A stretch of DNA of 63,057 bases, the filler included, from Octopus bimaculoides (taxonomy: Eukaryota): the NCBI RefSeq assembly GCF_001194135.2. It is 8 parts of 7 records of this genome, joined end to end, with 100 filler letters (N's around TTAATTAATTAA, not from the genome) between each part and the next. Parts side by side here need not be neighbours in the genome. Positions count along the whole stretch, not along the records: positions 22,173 to 52,124 come from NC_068982.1; 7 more parts are not named here. One strand, written 5' to 3'. Shown in pieces: positions 24,067 through 36,831 of this stretch (positions are counted from its first letter, which is position 1; each line of letters starts with the position of its first letter). The position numbers were made by a program, and so were the translations under genes. The notes beneath the pieces were generated by a model. The model saw only the letters and a list, made by a program, of their open reading frames with translations. It made no database searches and was not told where the DNA came from.

Positions 24067-24245
24067 GGAGAATTCACAAAAAAAAAAAACAAAAGACGAA
24101 GACAGGTGGTGTAGACAACAAATAGATGCATTAGTTTAACGCTCGGGAAGTGAAGAAGTCTTTAACGTCTCGAGCCTACGCACTTCCTCAGAAAGGAACA
24201 CAGAAATAGACAAGGAGAGAAAATAAAGAACGTGCAGTGGCTAGC
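24067..24245 (-). mobile_element. Short hammerhead-bearing repeat (PLE pseudo-LTR type), family 2
   Basis: Reverse complement aligns with 31562-31696 over ~130 bp. Confidence 0.7.
24160..24195 (-). ncRNA. Minimal type I hammerhead-like motif, family 2 (GAAA mutated to GAGA)
   Basis: Minus strand: CTTT-CTGAGGA-A-GTGC-GTAG-GCTC-GAGAC-GT-T-AAAG. Confidence 0.55.
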
Positions 24246-24661
24246 GGGAAGACGGAAGATGGAATATACGAGAATTTTTATTATTAATCACAGCATCGAC
24301 CCCTTATCGATCCCTCACGGATGGGACACTTAACAACTGGTTCAGGAGCCTCCAGCTGTGCAAATGTGTCGCAACTCGTTAAAATAACAGTTCCGCAATG
24401 TATCTTCTCATTTCATAGTGTCATGCCTCAAATACTACCAGTGGCTGTGTGAGCATCTCATCCTCATCGCCATTGTTACGTCTCAAGCTACTACTATCTA
24501 GCACCTTCGGATGATCTCTACTCAACCGCCACACAACTGCTACTCGACTGCTACTCGACACACCTACCACGGCCAGACTACCTCAATTTATATGTCTTGT
24601 GAGATCCTACTTCTTCGCCTGGGGGCGTCGACACAACACATAGAAAAAGAAACAGGAAAAG

Positions 24662-25258
24662 GAAGGAAATATTTTCATTTATATAGAAGATCAAAAATAA
24701 AATCACAGATGCAAAAAGGAAACGAACACGCAATACAGCAAGAAATGTATTAAAGATAACCGTTAACAGACATGGATGTATAAACGTCCTTACGCAAGCT
24801 GCCTGGCGCGTGCACAGTCACTTATACAAGCATACTCGAAAATGTAAGCATACACACACGTATGGTGCATTCACGATCACAAAGCAAGTTAAATAGCTAC
24901 ATGCATATAAAAATGTACTTTCGCACAATGCAGTGGGAATGAATTTGAGTAACTGTTAACTTAGTTTACTTTAAGGTATGGATGAATTAAGTTTAGTTTT
25001 AATCTCCCCATTCTTATAAACACCAAGTAGCTATTTAACTCGCTTTGTGATGATGAATGCACCAATCCGCACGTGTGCGTATGCTTACATTTTCGCGGAT
25101 GCTTGTCTGAGTAAGTGTGCACGTGCCATGCAACTTGCGAGAGGGCGTTTACACATCCATATCTGTTAACGGTTATAGCGTGTATTGCGTATTCGTTTCC
25201 TTTTTGCATCCGTGATTTTTCATTTTTGATCTTCTATATAAATGAAGATATTTCCTTC
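24662..25258. repeat. Foldback: ~235-bp imperfect inverted repeats around a ~125-bp spacer
   Basis: 24662-24900 is the reverse complement of 25027-25258 (e.g. CAGATGCAAAAAGGAAACGAA / TTCGTTTCCTTTTTGCATCCG). Confidence 0.85.
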
Positions 25259-25601
25259 GCTTTGCAGCTTTTATTTCTACGAAATGAGAAGATGTATTGC
25301 AGAACTGTTATTTTAACGTGTTGTATCTATTTATCACCTGATGAGAAACATCTGCACCGCTGCATGCTCTTGAACAAGTTGTTTAGTGTTCCACCCGTGC
25401 GGATCGATGTTTGATGTATCGAAACAATTGTCGTGATTAATTATAAAAATTCTCGTATATCCCATCTTCCGTCTTTCATTTACCGTATACATAACGAGCA
25501 CTGTCAAAGCAATTGTGCTTTACCAGTAAGCTACCAGGTGTAAAGCATTCGTTTTATAACACACACGCACATATAAATACATACATACATACATACATAC
25601 A

Positions 25602-25634
<33 letters not shown>

Positions 25635-25729
25635 GATATATATATATAAAACAAGAAAGGGTTTATAAGACTGCAAAAAATAAGTGCTCAGAAGAAATGG
25701 ATTGGTTGACTCGAATTTGATGTTTGTTC

Positions 25730-25881
25730 TCTAAGAAGTATGCTTCCCAACTTCCCAACCACATGGTTCCGGGTTTAATCCCACTGCGTGTCATATTAAG
25801 CAACTACCATCCTCTATAGCACCGGGCCGAGGAAAGGCTTGTAGGTGGATTTGGCAGGCGGTACCCGAAATATGCCCGTCG

Positions 25882-25885
<4 letters not shown>
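25730..25885 (-). mobile_element. SINE family C head fragment
   Basis: AAGAAGTATGCTTCCCAA...CCACATGGTTCCGGGTTTAATCCCACTGCGTG on the plus strand followed by GCACCGGGCCGAGGAAAGGCTTGTAGGTGGATTTGG; homologous to 48500-48636. Orientation and boundaries approximate. Confidence 0.45.
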
Positions 25886-25917
<32 letters not shown>

Positions 25918-26207
25918 NNNNNNNNNNNNNNNNNNNNNNNNNNNNNNNNNNNNNNNNNNNNNNNNNNNNNNNNNNNNNNNNNNNNNNNNNNNNNNNNNNN
26001 NNNNNNNNNNNNNNNNNNNNNNNNNNNNNNNNNNNNNNNNNNNNNNNNNNNNNNNNNNNNNNNNNNNNNNNNNNNNNNNNNNNNNNNNNNNNNNNNNNNN
26101 NNNNNNNNNNNNNNNNNNNNNNNNNNNNNNNNNNNNNNNNNNNNNNNNNNNNNNNNNNNNNNNNNNNNNNNNNNNNNNNNNNNNNNNNNNNNNNNNNNNN
26201 NNNNNNN

Positions 26208-26270
<63 letters not shown>

Positions 26271-27307
26271 AACACACTCATATACAAGAAAATATAAAAA
26301 AACAGCCTAATAACACATTGACTGAAATAGTCTATTGGCTGGTTTTCAGCAAGAATGTAAGTATTGAAGAAACAAAATAAAATATTCTGTATTCTGTATC
26401 TGTTGTGTTTTCTTTCCTTTCACGAGCTGTCCATAAACGTCTGCATATATGTCAATCTGGCATCGGAAAGAGCATTAAATGTAGTTTTGTTATACCAATT
26501 CAATCCAATGTGTAAATTATATGGGTGGCCGTTTGGGATTCTATCTAAATACCATCAGGGTAGCTGAGTTGGAAATGTTGGGGCTTTATCCATTTGCAAT
26601 AGTAAACACCGTCTACTCTGTGTGTCATAAAAAAAAAAATGTTTGGTAAAGTACTCCACCCAGTAGAAACGAAAAGTTTGGAGGGTTGTTGGGCTGAAAA
26701 AAAATGACGAAGAAAGACTACATGAAAAAAAAATTGCAATGTAAATAAGATAAAATAACGCATATCCAGTAGTTATCGAAACTTAGTTGTTGAGAAACAT
26801 AGACAAAATCTATTTATCAGGACTAGAGTATAGTAGGAGGAAACAATCTAAGATTTCTGATCGCAAACAAAGACGTGTAAATTTCAACTGTTCCCCACCA
26901 ACCCACAAATAAAAAATAATGCAAGCTAAACCACACAAAAACAACTATGAAATCATTATAATTGTAAACAAATAATAACGAGTAACACTGATATTGGACA
27001 AAGTATGATTAGTTTCCATTGGTATGAGAAAAAAAAAACTTTATACGCTATGTGTTGAAGCTGTCGCATACTTTCTTCTTGATTCTTTTCTTTGTTTAAA
27101 TAATCCTATCAAAGCTTTAAAATATTTACTAGAAATTGATAATTTGTATATTTAAAATATTTGATATCATTGCAAAGTCGGTCGAAGCGGGTTACACGAA
27201 TAAAGTGTTGGACCGTTGGCTGAAAAGTTCAGCAAAGGAACTACATTAATCTTTATAGAAACCCTTTTCGTTCGCAACGCTTCATTCGTTTCCACCATTT
27301 CATCACC

Positions 27308-27388
<81 letters not shown>

Positions 27389-27710
27389 NNNNNNNNNNNN
27401 NNNNNNNNNNNNNNNNNNNNNNNNNNNNNNNNNNNNNNNNNNNNNNNNNNNNNNNNNNNNNNNNNNNNNNNNNNNNNNNNNNNNNNNNNNNNNNNNNNNN
27501 NNNNNNNNNNNNNNNNNNNNNNNNNNNNNNNNNNNNNNNNNNNNNNNNNNNNNNNNNNNNNNNNNNNNNNNNNNNNNNNNNNNNNNNNNNNNNNNNNNNN
27601 NNNNNNNNNNNNNNNNNNNNNNNNNNNNNNNNNNNNNNNNNNNNNNNNNNNNNNNNNNNNNNNNNNNNNNNNNNNNNNNNNNNNNNNNNNNNNNNNNNNN
27701 NNNNNNNNNN

Positions 27711-27742
<32 letters not shown>

Positions 27743-28704
27743 TACTCATAGATGCATACATATATATACATATATACACGCATACATATACACATATATG
27801 TAAAAGAATACAGAAAAATGTAGTGATTAGTAATGCTTTATATAATGAACACGAGTTTTATGGGATCGGCAGACATAGACTATATGACCATGAAACGCAG
27901 TTACGTGAACAGTCGTGTAATGGTGTTGAATGGAATTGATGACTTGTAATCACGTAACTGAGATTTATGTTGACGTATTTAGTGTCTACCAACCTCTTGA
28001 ATGACTTGTACATTATAAAGCATCGAAATTGACTGCGTTTTTTGCGTGTTCATTTTTCTATATACTGCACGCAGTTTCCGCAAGTTTAGAATTATGAAGA
28101 TTGTCCAGACACTTCGAAAATAGATATTGAATGTGGAACTGATAAATAGCTCGCCCTTACCTTTTTGAATTGTGTCGCGCCTTTCGACACACCTTTTTTG
28201 CGTGTGTATGTATGTATGTATACGTATATATGTATATAAGTGTGTAAATATATTTTTATACATTATAAAAAGATAACATGGTTTTAGTGTCTCCAGTACT
28301 ACCTACATTTCACATACAATCGATGCTGATTGAACAATATTTCATATTTCCATATTTTTTCGGCGAGGAATGGAATGATGATACCAAGAGAGTGAAAACT
28401 GGATTTGTAGAGGACAGGAATAAATTCTCTAAGATATTTTCTTTTGTAGTCTTCAGGTTCTGCCATTCACCAATTTCTTTCATAAATGTAAGATAATTTA
28501 TAACGTGTTCACTTGATTTGCTAGGTATAACTGCCAAATCTTTCTAAGATTACACCCGACATTCTTATAAATGGCAAGAAACATTGGATAATACAATTCT
28601 AGATTCATTATATTTTAAGATAAGGCGGGTTGGTAACTGCAAGCATTCCTTTCATTATATAATGCCTCTATCAGAGCTGCCATGAGTTACATAACAACAA
28701 CAAT

Positions 28705-28705
28705 A

Positions 28706-28786
<81 letters not shown>
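28705..28786. repeat. (TAC)n microsatellite
   Basis: Direct inspection. Confidence 0.95.
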
Positions 28787-28788
<2 letters not shown>

Positions 28789-28967
28789 AAAAGTATAAGA
28801 TTAATATCTCTGGTAAAATCCGGCAACCACTCCTAGAAGATTTTCTTTAAACTTTCACAAAACTGAATTGGTAAAAGGTACAGGAAATGTACCGATTCGT
28901 TCCCTTGCTTTAATTATGAGAATGAAGGGAAGAGAGAGGGAGAAAGAGAGAAAAACAGTGAAAGAGA

Positions 28968-29146
28968 TAGACACAAGCCGATACAGCTTGGCACCAGTGA
29001 CATTGCAACCCATTTCTACAGTTCAGTGAACTAGAGGGAGCATCATAAAATAAAGTGCCTTGCTCAAGTACACAGCACTCAGCCCGGTCCAGGTATCGAA
29101 CTCGCAACTTAACGATTGTAGGCCTAAAGATCTAACCACTGAGCCA
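28968..29146 (-). mobile_element. SINE, family B head + short body + third type of 3' module
   Basis: Minus strand: TGGCTCAGTGGTTAG...GAGTTCGATACC...TACTTGAGCAAGGCACTT...GCAATGTCACTGGTGCCAAGCTGTATCGGC. Confidence 0.65.
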
Positions 29147-29915
29147 TATACATACATACATACCTACATACGTACATACATACGTACATACATACATATA
29201 TACATACATACATACATATACCCCCATATATGTGTATATACCCACACACACTCGCACGTACACACACGCACGCACACACATATACATGCATAAAAACATG
29301 CATACATGTAGACATGCACAAGCATATATAATGACGAAAGTTTTCCCTCCACATCCTTAACATGTTTTCTTAAATTGTGTTTCAGGACGCAGTGGTAAAT
29401 CTTTTCGTTTTCCTTTCAATTATTGCAAAAATTGTTTAAAATAGAATACTGATTCTTCGGACAAGTTAAATCATATTTTCATTCATACTTTTTAGTTGCT
29501 GCCTCTTCTTGATAATTATAATTTAGCAGTTGTTGACATTATCTTTAACGAGTTTCATTTTCTCTGTAACCCCTTTCTATATATTTGAATCATGGTAGCG
29601 TTTTTCATAACAACTTCATTCCATTTTTACAAAACGGTATTACAGTTTTCATTATTCCTAGTATTCTGAGGAGAGACATATGATGATATTTTCAATTCAG
29701 GTGAATTATCAATATTTTGTTATATGTCTCGATATCATTAATAGCGAACATTAATTGTCCTTGCACATTGTATACCATCATCTATTAAGGATGGTGGTTA
29801 ATGTTTGTTGATGACTGTTTGTTTAATTTCTTGAATACACATAAGTGCCTTTATGTTGTTGTTTGTTCCTTCTCGAGCCATGACTGACTCATAAGGGCCA
29901 GTGGGTTTTGCAGAG

Positions 29916-30261
29916 CAGTGATTCTCAACCGGAGTCCATATTTCCCCTGAGGGTCCATATCAGATTTTTGGGGTTCACCAAAAAATGAAAGTCAATTGGA
30001 GATCCACAATAGTATTTCAAGGGTTTCAAAAGCAATTTTGCTGTCGATGTATATATTGGTATATATTGCAAGAAACAGCTAGGTTCCATTCTTTAACATT
30101 TTACCTAGTACGACCTACACAAATTGATATGTGGAAAACTAAATGCATTTTGAAAGAATTTTCTAGAAAACTAGTTTTTAAACATCAAATGGCGATAGGG
30201 GTCCACTAGAATAAAATAGTATTCAAAGGAGTCTATAGATAAAAAGTGGCTGAAAACCCCT
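29916..30261. mobile_element. hAT (Charlie-like) non-autonomous element
   Basis: Ends CAGTGATTCTCAACC ... GGCTGAAAACCCCT; subterminal GGGGTCCA-like motifs; degenerate 8-bp flanks TTGCAGAG / TTGTAGGT. Confidence 0.6.
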
Positions 30262-31309
30262 TTGTAGGTTCTAGAGAGTTAATCAGTGATTATGAGGCCT
30301 CGCATTATTAGCGTCTTAGATAATTTTGGTTGCCTACGTTTATCACTAAGGCGTACAAGATTCTTTCTTTGGAAGGCGCAGTGATTGTATGACCGAACTG
30401 TCGAAGTAGAAAAGAGTAACATGACTTCATTTTTTAAAAGAAGGTGCAATAGTCTTGGTTGGAACATCTAGAGCTAACCTGTTGTTAAACCAACAATATG
30501 AACAAAAACAAAAACAACAATATCAACAACCGAAAAGCAAGTATTTGATTTAGGAATCAAATCCAGGTCGTGGATTCAGCTCACCGAGATCTTAACTTGA
30601 TTATTGTACGGTACTCATAGTACCATATTAACTATAGTAATACATCTGCATTAGCAGTAAAGTGAAGCGGCCTAAGTGAAGCGATTGTGATGTATCTATT
30701 GAAATAAGGAATTTAAGAGATCAAATGAGAGACAGCTATCTCACTGGAATAAAAAGATGAAAGTCATAAAGTGAATTATAAAAGAAACGCGTGAATTGAA
30801 ATGCAAAGGGCTGACGGGAATCTGCGAAAACAAAATAGTTCAGGATATAGTAAATGTTTAATAACATATATTTAATGTTTTGGATGGGTAAACAGACTGA
30901 TATTTCCAACACATTTAATTAGAGAGGTTCAACACGACTAAAATACCTTTGATCACGTCTGCTCGATGAAAACTGACTTAGGACCAAACAAAAACAAGCA
31001 ACAACAACAAGAACAAAACAGCCACAAAATAACAATAAACAAAAACATCAATAATAATAACAACAACAAGAAAAACAATGTATGTTACTAAAACTAGAGG
31101 TGAGCCTCAACCAACCCAATCACTCAACTTGCTAGAAATGACAGCCAAACATTACTCAAGCTCACACTTGACTTCAGAAAACTACTTACGATATGGTTTC
31201 GGATATAGAAAAAGAAGGAGAATCAAAGTTTAAAAGTCTTTGACTGATCCTTCAAAACTGATCCGAGATAAACGACAGCAAAAATAACAATAAAAACACC
31301 TGGAAAAAA

Positions 31310-31470
31310 TATTGGTTTCAAAGCCGGCAATTTCAGGAGAGGAGTAAGTCGATTTCAGTGTTCTACTGGTGCTTATTTTATCGATCCTGAAGGATGAAAG
31401 GCAAAGTCGACCTTGACGAACTGTGAGCTAAGAACGTAAAAACGGACAAAATGTCGCAGCCAGCTTGCGA
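31310..31470 (-). mobile_element. SINE family A remnant
   Basis: GGATGAAAGGCAAAGTCGACC core identical to 780-800. Confidence 0.7.
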
Positions 31471-31561
31471 CCTTACACCGGGAAAAATTATTAGAAGCAA
31501 GGTTCAAATGTAAATGATATACCGTGTTTATAAATACATCCAAACTACAAAGATATATACA

Positions 31562-31696
31562 CATGTGTTCCTTTCAGTTGAAGAGCGTAAGCTCGAAACG
31601 TCAAAGACTTTCTCTATTCCCGAGCGTTAAACTAATAAATCCATTTGTTGTTTACACCACCTGTCCTCGTCTGTTGTTTTTTTCGTAAATTCTCCC
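31562..31696 (+). mobile_element. Short hammerhead-bearing repeat, family 2
   Basis: Homologous to the reverse complement of 24067-24200. Confidence 0.7.
31571..31606 (+). ncRNA. Minimal type I hammerhead-like motif, family 2 (CUGANGA core decayed)
   Basis: CTTT-CAGTTGA-A-GAGC-GTAA-GCTC-GAAAC-GT-C-AAAG: perfect stems I and II, GUC triplet, two core substitutions. Confidence 0.55.
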
Positions 31697-32866
31697 ATAC
31701 ACATGTATACACGTGCGTATGAGCATTGTTTTTCGTTTAATGGCTTGCATCATTGGTTTTAGCAGAAAATACCCAGCACAATTCTTCGTGCAATCTTCTA
31801 CCTATTTTATCGATCATTAATTTATTCAATGTCTAGGTAAACTCGAAAGCAACAGTAACTTCTGCCAATAAGCATAAACACAGGTCCAATCGCATACATG
31901 TAGTTTCACTTCTGTTTATAACCATCCATCTATCTCTTCGTCTATTTATCCATCCAGTCATCCATCCATTCATCTAACCATACATACATATATATCTTCA
32001 TACTTGCACACACACACACACACACACGTGTGTGTGTGTATGTATGTATGTATGTGTGTTTGCGTATGTGCATGTGTATGTATCTGTGTGTGTATGCATA
32101 TACATAGAGATAGATAGATACGTACATGCATACATTCATACATACATACATACATACATATATGCATACACATGTGCTTTCGAAACTTATTCTTTCCTCG
32201 CCGCGATTCTTTCTTTCGAGTGCTGGAGTGCGAGTGTGTCTTTGTGTGTGTGCGAAAGTCTGTATGTATGTGTGTGTCTGTGTGCGTGCGTGCGTGTGTC
32301 TGAGTGTGTGTGAGTATGTGTGCAAGCGCATGCGTGCGTGTGTGTGCACACGCGGGCATTAAAACAATGTATGAATGTATAACCGAACCTAGGAAGGTCT
32401 ATCAGTGAACATTAATCTAACACCGCTGTTATATACAAATTTCAATGCATGTTTTGAAGAAATTACAACCTTCTAAGTACAGACTGTAGATACATAAAAT
32501 CTACATAAATATATGTGCATATGCGCACGAGGGTTTCTGGGCATGCATGTGTATATGTTCTTTGTATCAATACATATTAATTTAACGTATTTATGCGAAT
32601 ACATTTGAGCGTTGCATATGCTTACGTAGGTAAACATATTTATGAGGAGAGCAGACCTTAAAGGAAATAAAATTAATGAATATCTAAAATACACGACTGT
32701 GTTTCGCGCGTGTGTGTATGTGTGCGAGCGTGCGTGCGTGCGTGCGTGTGTGTGTATGTGTACGAGCGTGCGTGCGTGCGTGTGTGTGTGTGTATGTTTA
32801 TGTACGTAATATTTTGTTTATTCCCTTAGAAGCATTAAGTTGCATGTCTCTATATACGTGTGCAAT

Positions 32867-32910
<44 letters not shown>

Positions 32911-32927
32911 CTTATTAATCAACCTCT

Positions 32928-32987
<60 letters not shown>

Positions 32988-33224
32988 NNNNNNNNNNNNN
33001 NNNNNNNNNNNNNNNNNNNNNNNNNNNNNNNNNNNNNNNNNNNNNNNNNNNNNNNNNNNNNNNNNNNNNNNNNNNNNNNNNNNNNNNNNNNNNNNNNNNN
33101 NNNNNNNNNNNNNNNNNNNNNNNNNNNNNNNNNNNNNNNNNNNNNNNNNNNNNNNNNNNNNNNNNNNNNNNNNNNNNNNNNNNNNNNNNNNNNNNNNNNN
33201 NNNNNNNNNNNNNNNNNNNNNNNN

Positions 33225-33256
<32 letters not shown>

Positions 33257-34744
33257 ATACATGCGTACATAGAGAACAAAGAACAGATATCTTTAAGAGG
33301 ATTCACTTACACTCTTCCTACTTACTCTTAAAGCCAAACAGTAGCATCACTATGTACTTAACAGAAATACGGAATGAATCAAAGACCTTTCAGTTTGGGC
33401 GAAGCTGGGGCCTTTGCCTCACGACATGCCAGATGCATTTATCCTTAAGGGTCCACCAGAAACACAGGTTTTATTGAATAGTCTTTTATTCACGGTGTGA
33501 CGTGTGCGTTGGCGTGTGCTCATGTTAATGAGTCTATCTACAAGAACCACCTTCAATCTTCAACGGTTTATTCATAAGAAAGCTATTGTCTTGTGTTTAA
33601 TTCATGTCAGTTCTGGGGGAAGATACTCGTCTGTAAAATTTCAGTCCAAGAATAACAACATGATAGATAGACAGGCTCTGAGGCTTACTGTGAACTATTT
33701 TATTCTTTAAAATTCTGCTAATTCATCTTGAAAGATGTAATTAAATGTCTGTGATTAATACCAAGAGAGAAAAAAAAATTATTTTAAGACTGATAGAAAC
33801 CTGTTAAATATCATACAAAAACATAAGAAAATGAACATATATGACACTAAAATCCCTTCGTCCGTCCAACCACCCATACATGCATGTACGTGCGTGTGCA
33901 CACGGCGTGTGTATGCATATATATCTATGTATGTGTATGTGTATATGTGTGTATGTGTGTATGCGTGTGTCTTCATATATATATATATAGTGTATTTGTC
34001 TTTCTATNNNNNNNNNNNNNNNNNNNNNNNNNNNNNNNNNNNNNNNNNNNNNNNNNNNNNNNNNNNNNNNNNNNNNNNNNNNNNNNNNNNNNNNNNNNNN
34101 NNNNNNNNNNNNNNNNNNNNNNNNNNNNNNNNNNNNNNNNNNNNNNNNNNNNNNNNNNNNNNNNNNNNNNNNNNNNNNNNNNNNNNNNNNNNNNNNNNNN
34201 NNNNNNNNNNNNNNNNNNNNNNNNNNNNNNNNNNNNNNNNNNNNNNNNNNNNNNNNNNNNNNNNNNNNNNNNNNNNNNNNNNNNNNNNNNNNNNNNNNNN
34301 NNNNNNNNNNNNNNNNNNNNNNNNNNNNNNNNNNNNNNNNNNNNNNNNNNNNNNNNNNNNNNNNNNNNNNNNNNNNNNNNNNNNNNNNNNNNNNNNNNNN
34401 NNNNNNNNNNNNNNNNNNNNNNNNNNNNNNNNNNNNNNNNNNNNNNNNNNNNNNNNNNNNNNNNNNNNNNNNNNNNNNNNNNNNNNNNNNNNNNNNNNNN
34501 NNNNNNNNNNNNNNNNNNNNNNNNNNNNNNNNNNNNNNNNNNNNNNNNNNNNNNNNNNNNNNNNNNNNNNAATACAAACAACATAAAGAACGACCCTTCA
34601 TCAGTTATTGGTTGTTTTTTTAGTCTCGTATTTCGAGCATATACATAAATACATACATACATATGTGTGTGGGTGTGTGTGTGTATGTGTGTGTGTGTGT
34701 GTGCGTGTATGTGTGTGTGTGTGCGTCCGTGTGTGTGTGTGTGT

Positions 34745-34925
34745 TTGTCTTCCACCATCGCTTGACAACCGTGTTGGTATGTTACGTCCCCGTAACATAG
34801 CGATTCGGTCCGGTGTCCGATAGAATAAGTACTGGGTTTACAAAGAATAAGGCCCGGGTCCGATTTGTTCGTCTAAAGGCCGCGCTCCAGCACGGCCGCA
34901 GTCAAATGAATGAAACAGGTAAAAG
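34745..34925 (+). mobile_element. SINE family C, 3' half
   Basis: CGCTTGACAACCG...GCTCCAGCACGGCCGCAGTCAAATGAATGAAACAGGTAAAAG. Confidence 0.75.
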
Positions 34926-35320
34926 GACAAAAGGATATTAATATATATATACATATATGATATATGCACGCACACACCCGTAACTGTAAAATAGGAAAAT
35001 AATATAAGTATACAATGAAATGTGCTGCTATATTTATAACACCATACAAACATATATACATACATAAATACATACACACACACACGCACATATTTTTACA
35101 TAAGCACACATACACACATTTATATACATATTTACAATTACGTGAATACATAAATGGATACTTGCAAACATAGCACTAACTACACTAACACACTAAAATA
35201 ATGCAAAGTGTATCTCGTTATTTTACTTAAAATTGTAGTTTAGGACACCGTATATTTTCTAGTCAGCGTTCGTGAACCTATAAAATATACCGATTCAAAG
35301 ATTACTAAGATATTTTTGTA

Positions 35321-35698
35321 TTGACACTCCGTCGCTTACGACGTCGAGGGTTCTAGTTGATCCGATCAACGGAACAGCCTGCTCATGAAATTAACGTGCA
35401 AGTGGCTGAGCACTCCACAGACACGTCTACCCTTAACGCAGTTCTCGGGGATATTCAGCGTGACACAGTGTGACAAGGCTGACCCTTTGAATTACAGGCA
35501 CAACAGAAACAAGAAGTAAGAGTGAGAGAAAGCTGTGGTGAAAGAGTACAGCAGGGTTCGCCACCACCCCCTGCCGGAGCCTCGTGGAGCTTAAGGTGTT
35601 TTCGCTCAATAAACACTCACAACGCCCGGTCTGGGAATCGAAACTGCGATCTTATGACCGCGAGTTCGCACCCCTAATCACTGGGTCATTGCGCCTCC
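35321..35698 (-). mobile_element. SINE family B (long body + GACGGAGTGTCA-type 3' module), near full length
   Basis: Minus strand: GAGGCGCAATGACCCAGTGATTAG head, B-box GTTTCGATTCC; near-identical to 61290-61634. Confidence 0.85.
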
Positions 35699-35942
35699 AC
35701 ACTAAGATATAATACAGATATAATATGTTAATCCATGAGAGCGACGAGGACTTTTTTGTCAACTTTAAGAATGGCTGATGACTTGCGCATCGTCAACCTC
35801 CCTCACTCTCGTCCGTGACCATCTTTCTTCCAGTGGCAAGACCAGATTAAGACGAATTAGGATGGAAATGGATACAGTGGATCACTCAGTTGTCTTACTT
35901 GCCTCATCTTGCTCACTGCACTCAAAAATGTGTTCCAATACT

Positions 35943-36510
35943 CACCTTCGTCTCTTTTGAGCCATGAAGGATTTTGCCGCAGAGTCCGTCAGATCCACTC
36001 ATCACACATGCAGCTTGTGAATTAATCCATAGATTGGAGCCTGACACGTGTTACTACGCAGCCAAAGTAGACTTAGGAAGAATTTTGGTTAAGAAGTAGT
36101 TCCGCAGTCTTCAAAATCCTAGAATTCTCGAGACAGTGTCCCGTTATCTAAGGTAGTTTAATGTCATATACAGGTCAAACATATTTGTATACACATATAC
36201 ACACGTAGGCAAATATGCCCGTATGCACCCACCTTTCCCTCTCTTGAGCCATGAAGTATTCTGCCGCAGAGTACGCCAAATCCAGTCTTTACATGCATAG
36301 GTAGGCAAGCTAGCTGGGACCCTGACAGGTATTACTACTTTGGATCAAAGAAGAGTTGTGAAGAATTGTGTTTAAGAAGTGGTTCCACACTCTTCAAAAC
36401 CTTAGGATTCCCGCGCCTGTCTCCCGCTACTTGATGCAGTTTCATATCATGCCCAGGACAAACATATATACACATACCTATACACACTTACGTATGTAAA
36501 CACATATGCG
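35943..36510. repeat. Diverged tandem duplication, ~287-bp unit x2
   Basis: GAGCCATGAAG at 35959 and 36246; homology continues through both units. Confidence 0.8.
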
Positions 36511-36730
36511 CATAACGTTCTCATGCATACAAAGATACAATCACACAACCCTCTTCACATATGTATCGATTATCGATCTTTAAAGTCAGTGAGAAGGCTT
36601 CAAATATCATAAACACTTGGGCAAAAACATGTTCGCAGTTGCTCCTTTTCTCCAGAGGATGAATCAGCTTTCTTTTTGTTAATGGTAAGTCAACTGTCGA
36701 GAATGTGTCTGCATGTATGCGTGTGTGTGC

Positions 36731-36795
<65 letters not shown>

Positions 36796-36831
36796 TGTAT
36801 ATGTATACAAATTAAGTAGATATATTATACA

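Noticed and set aside
36079-36460. SOCS-box-like reading (LQNLRIPAPVSRYL) of the tandem duplication
   Set aside because: BC-box spacing does not fit, frames are inconsistent between units, and substitutions are uniform across codon positions.
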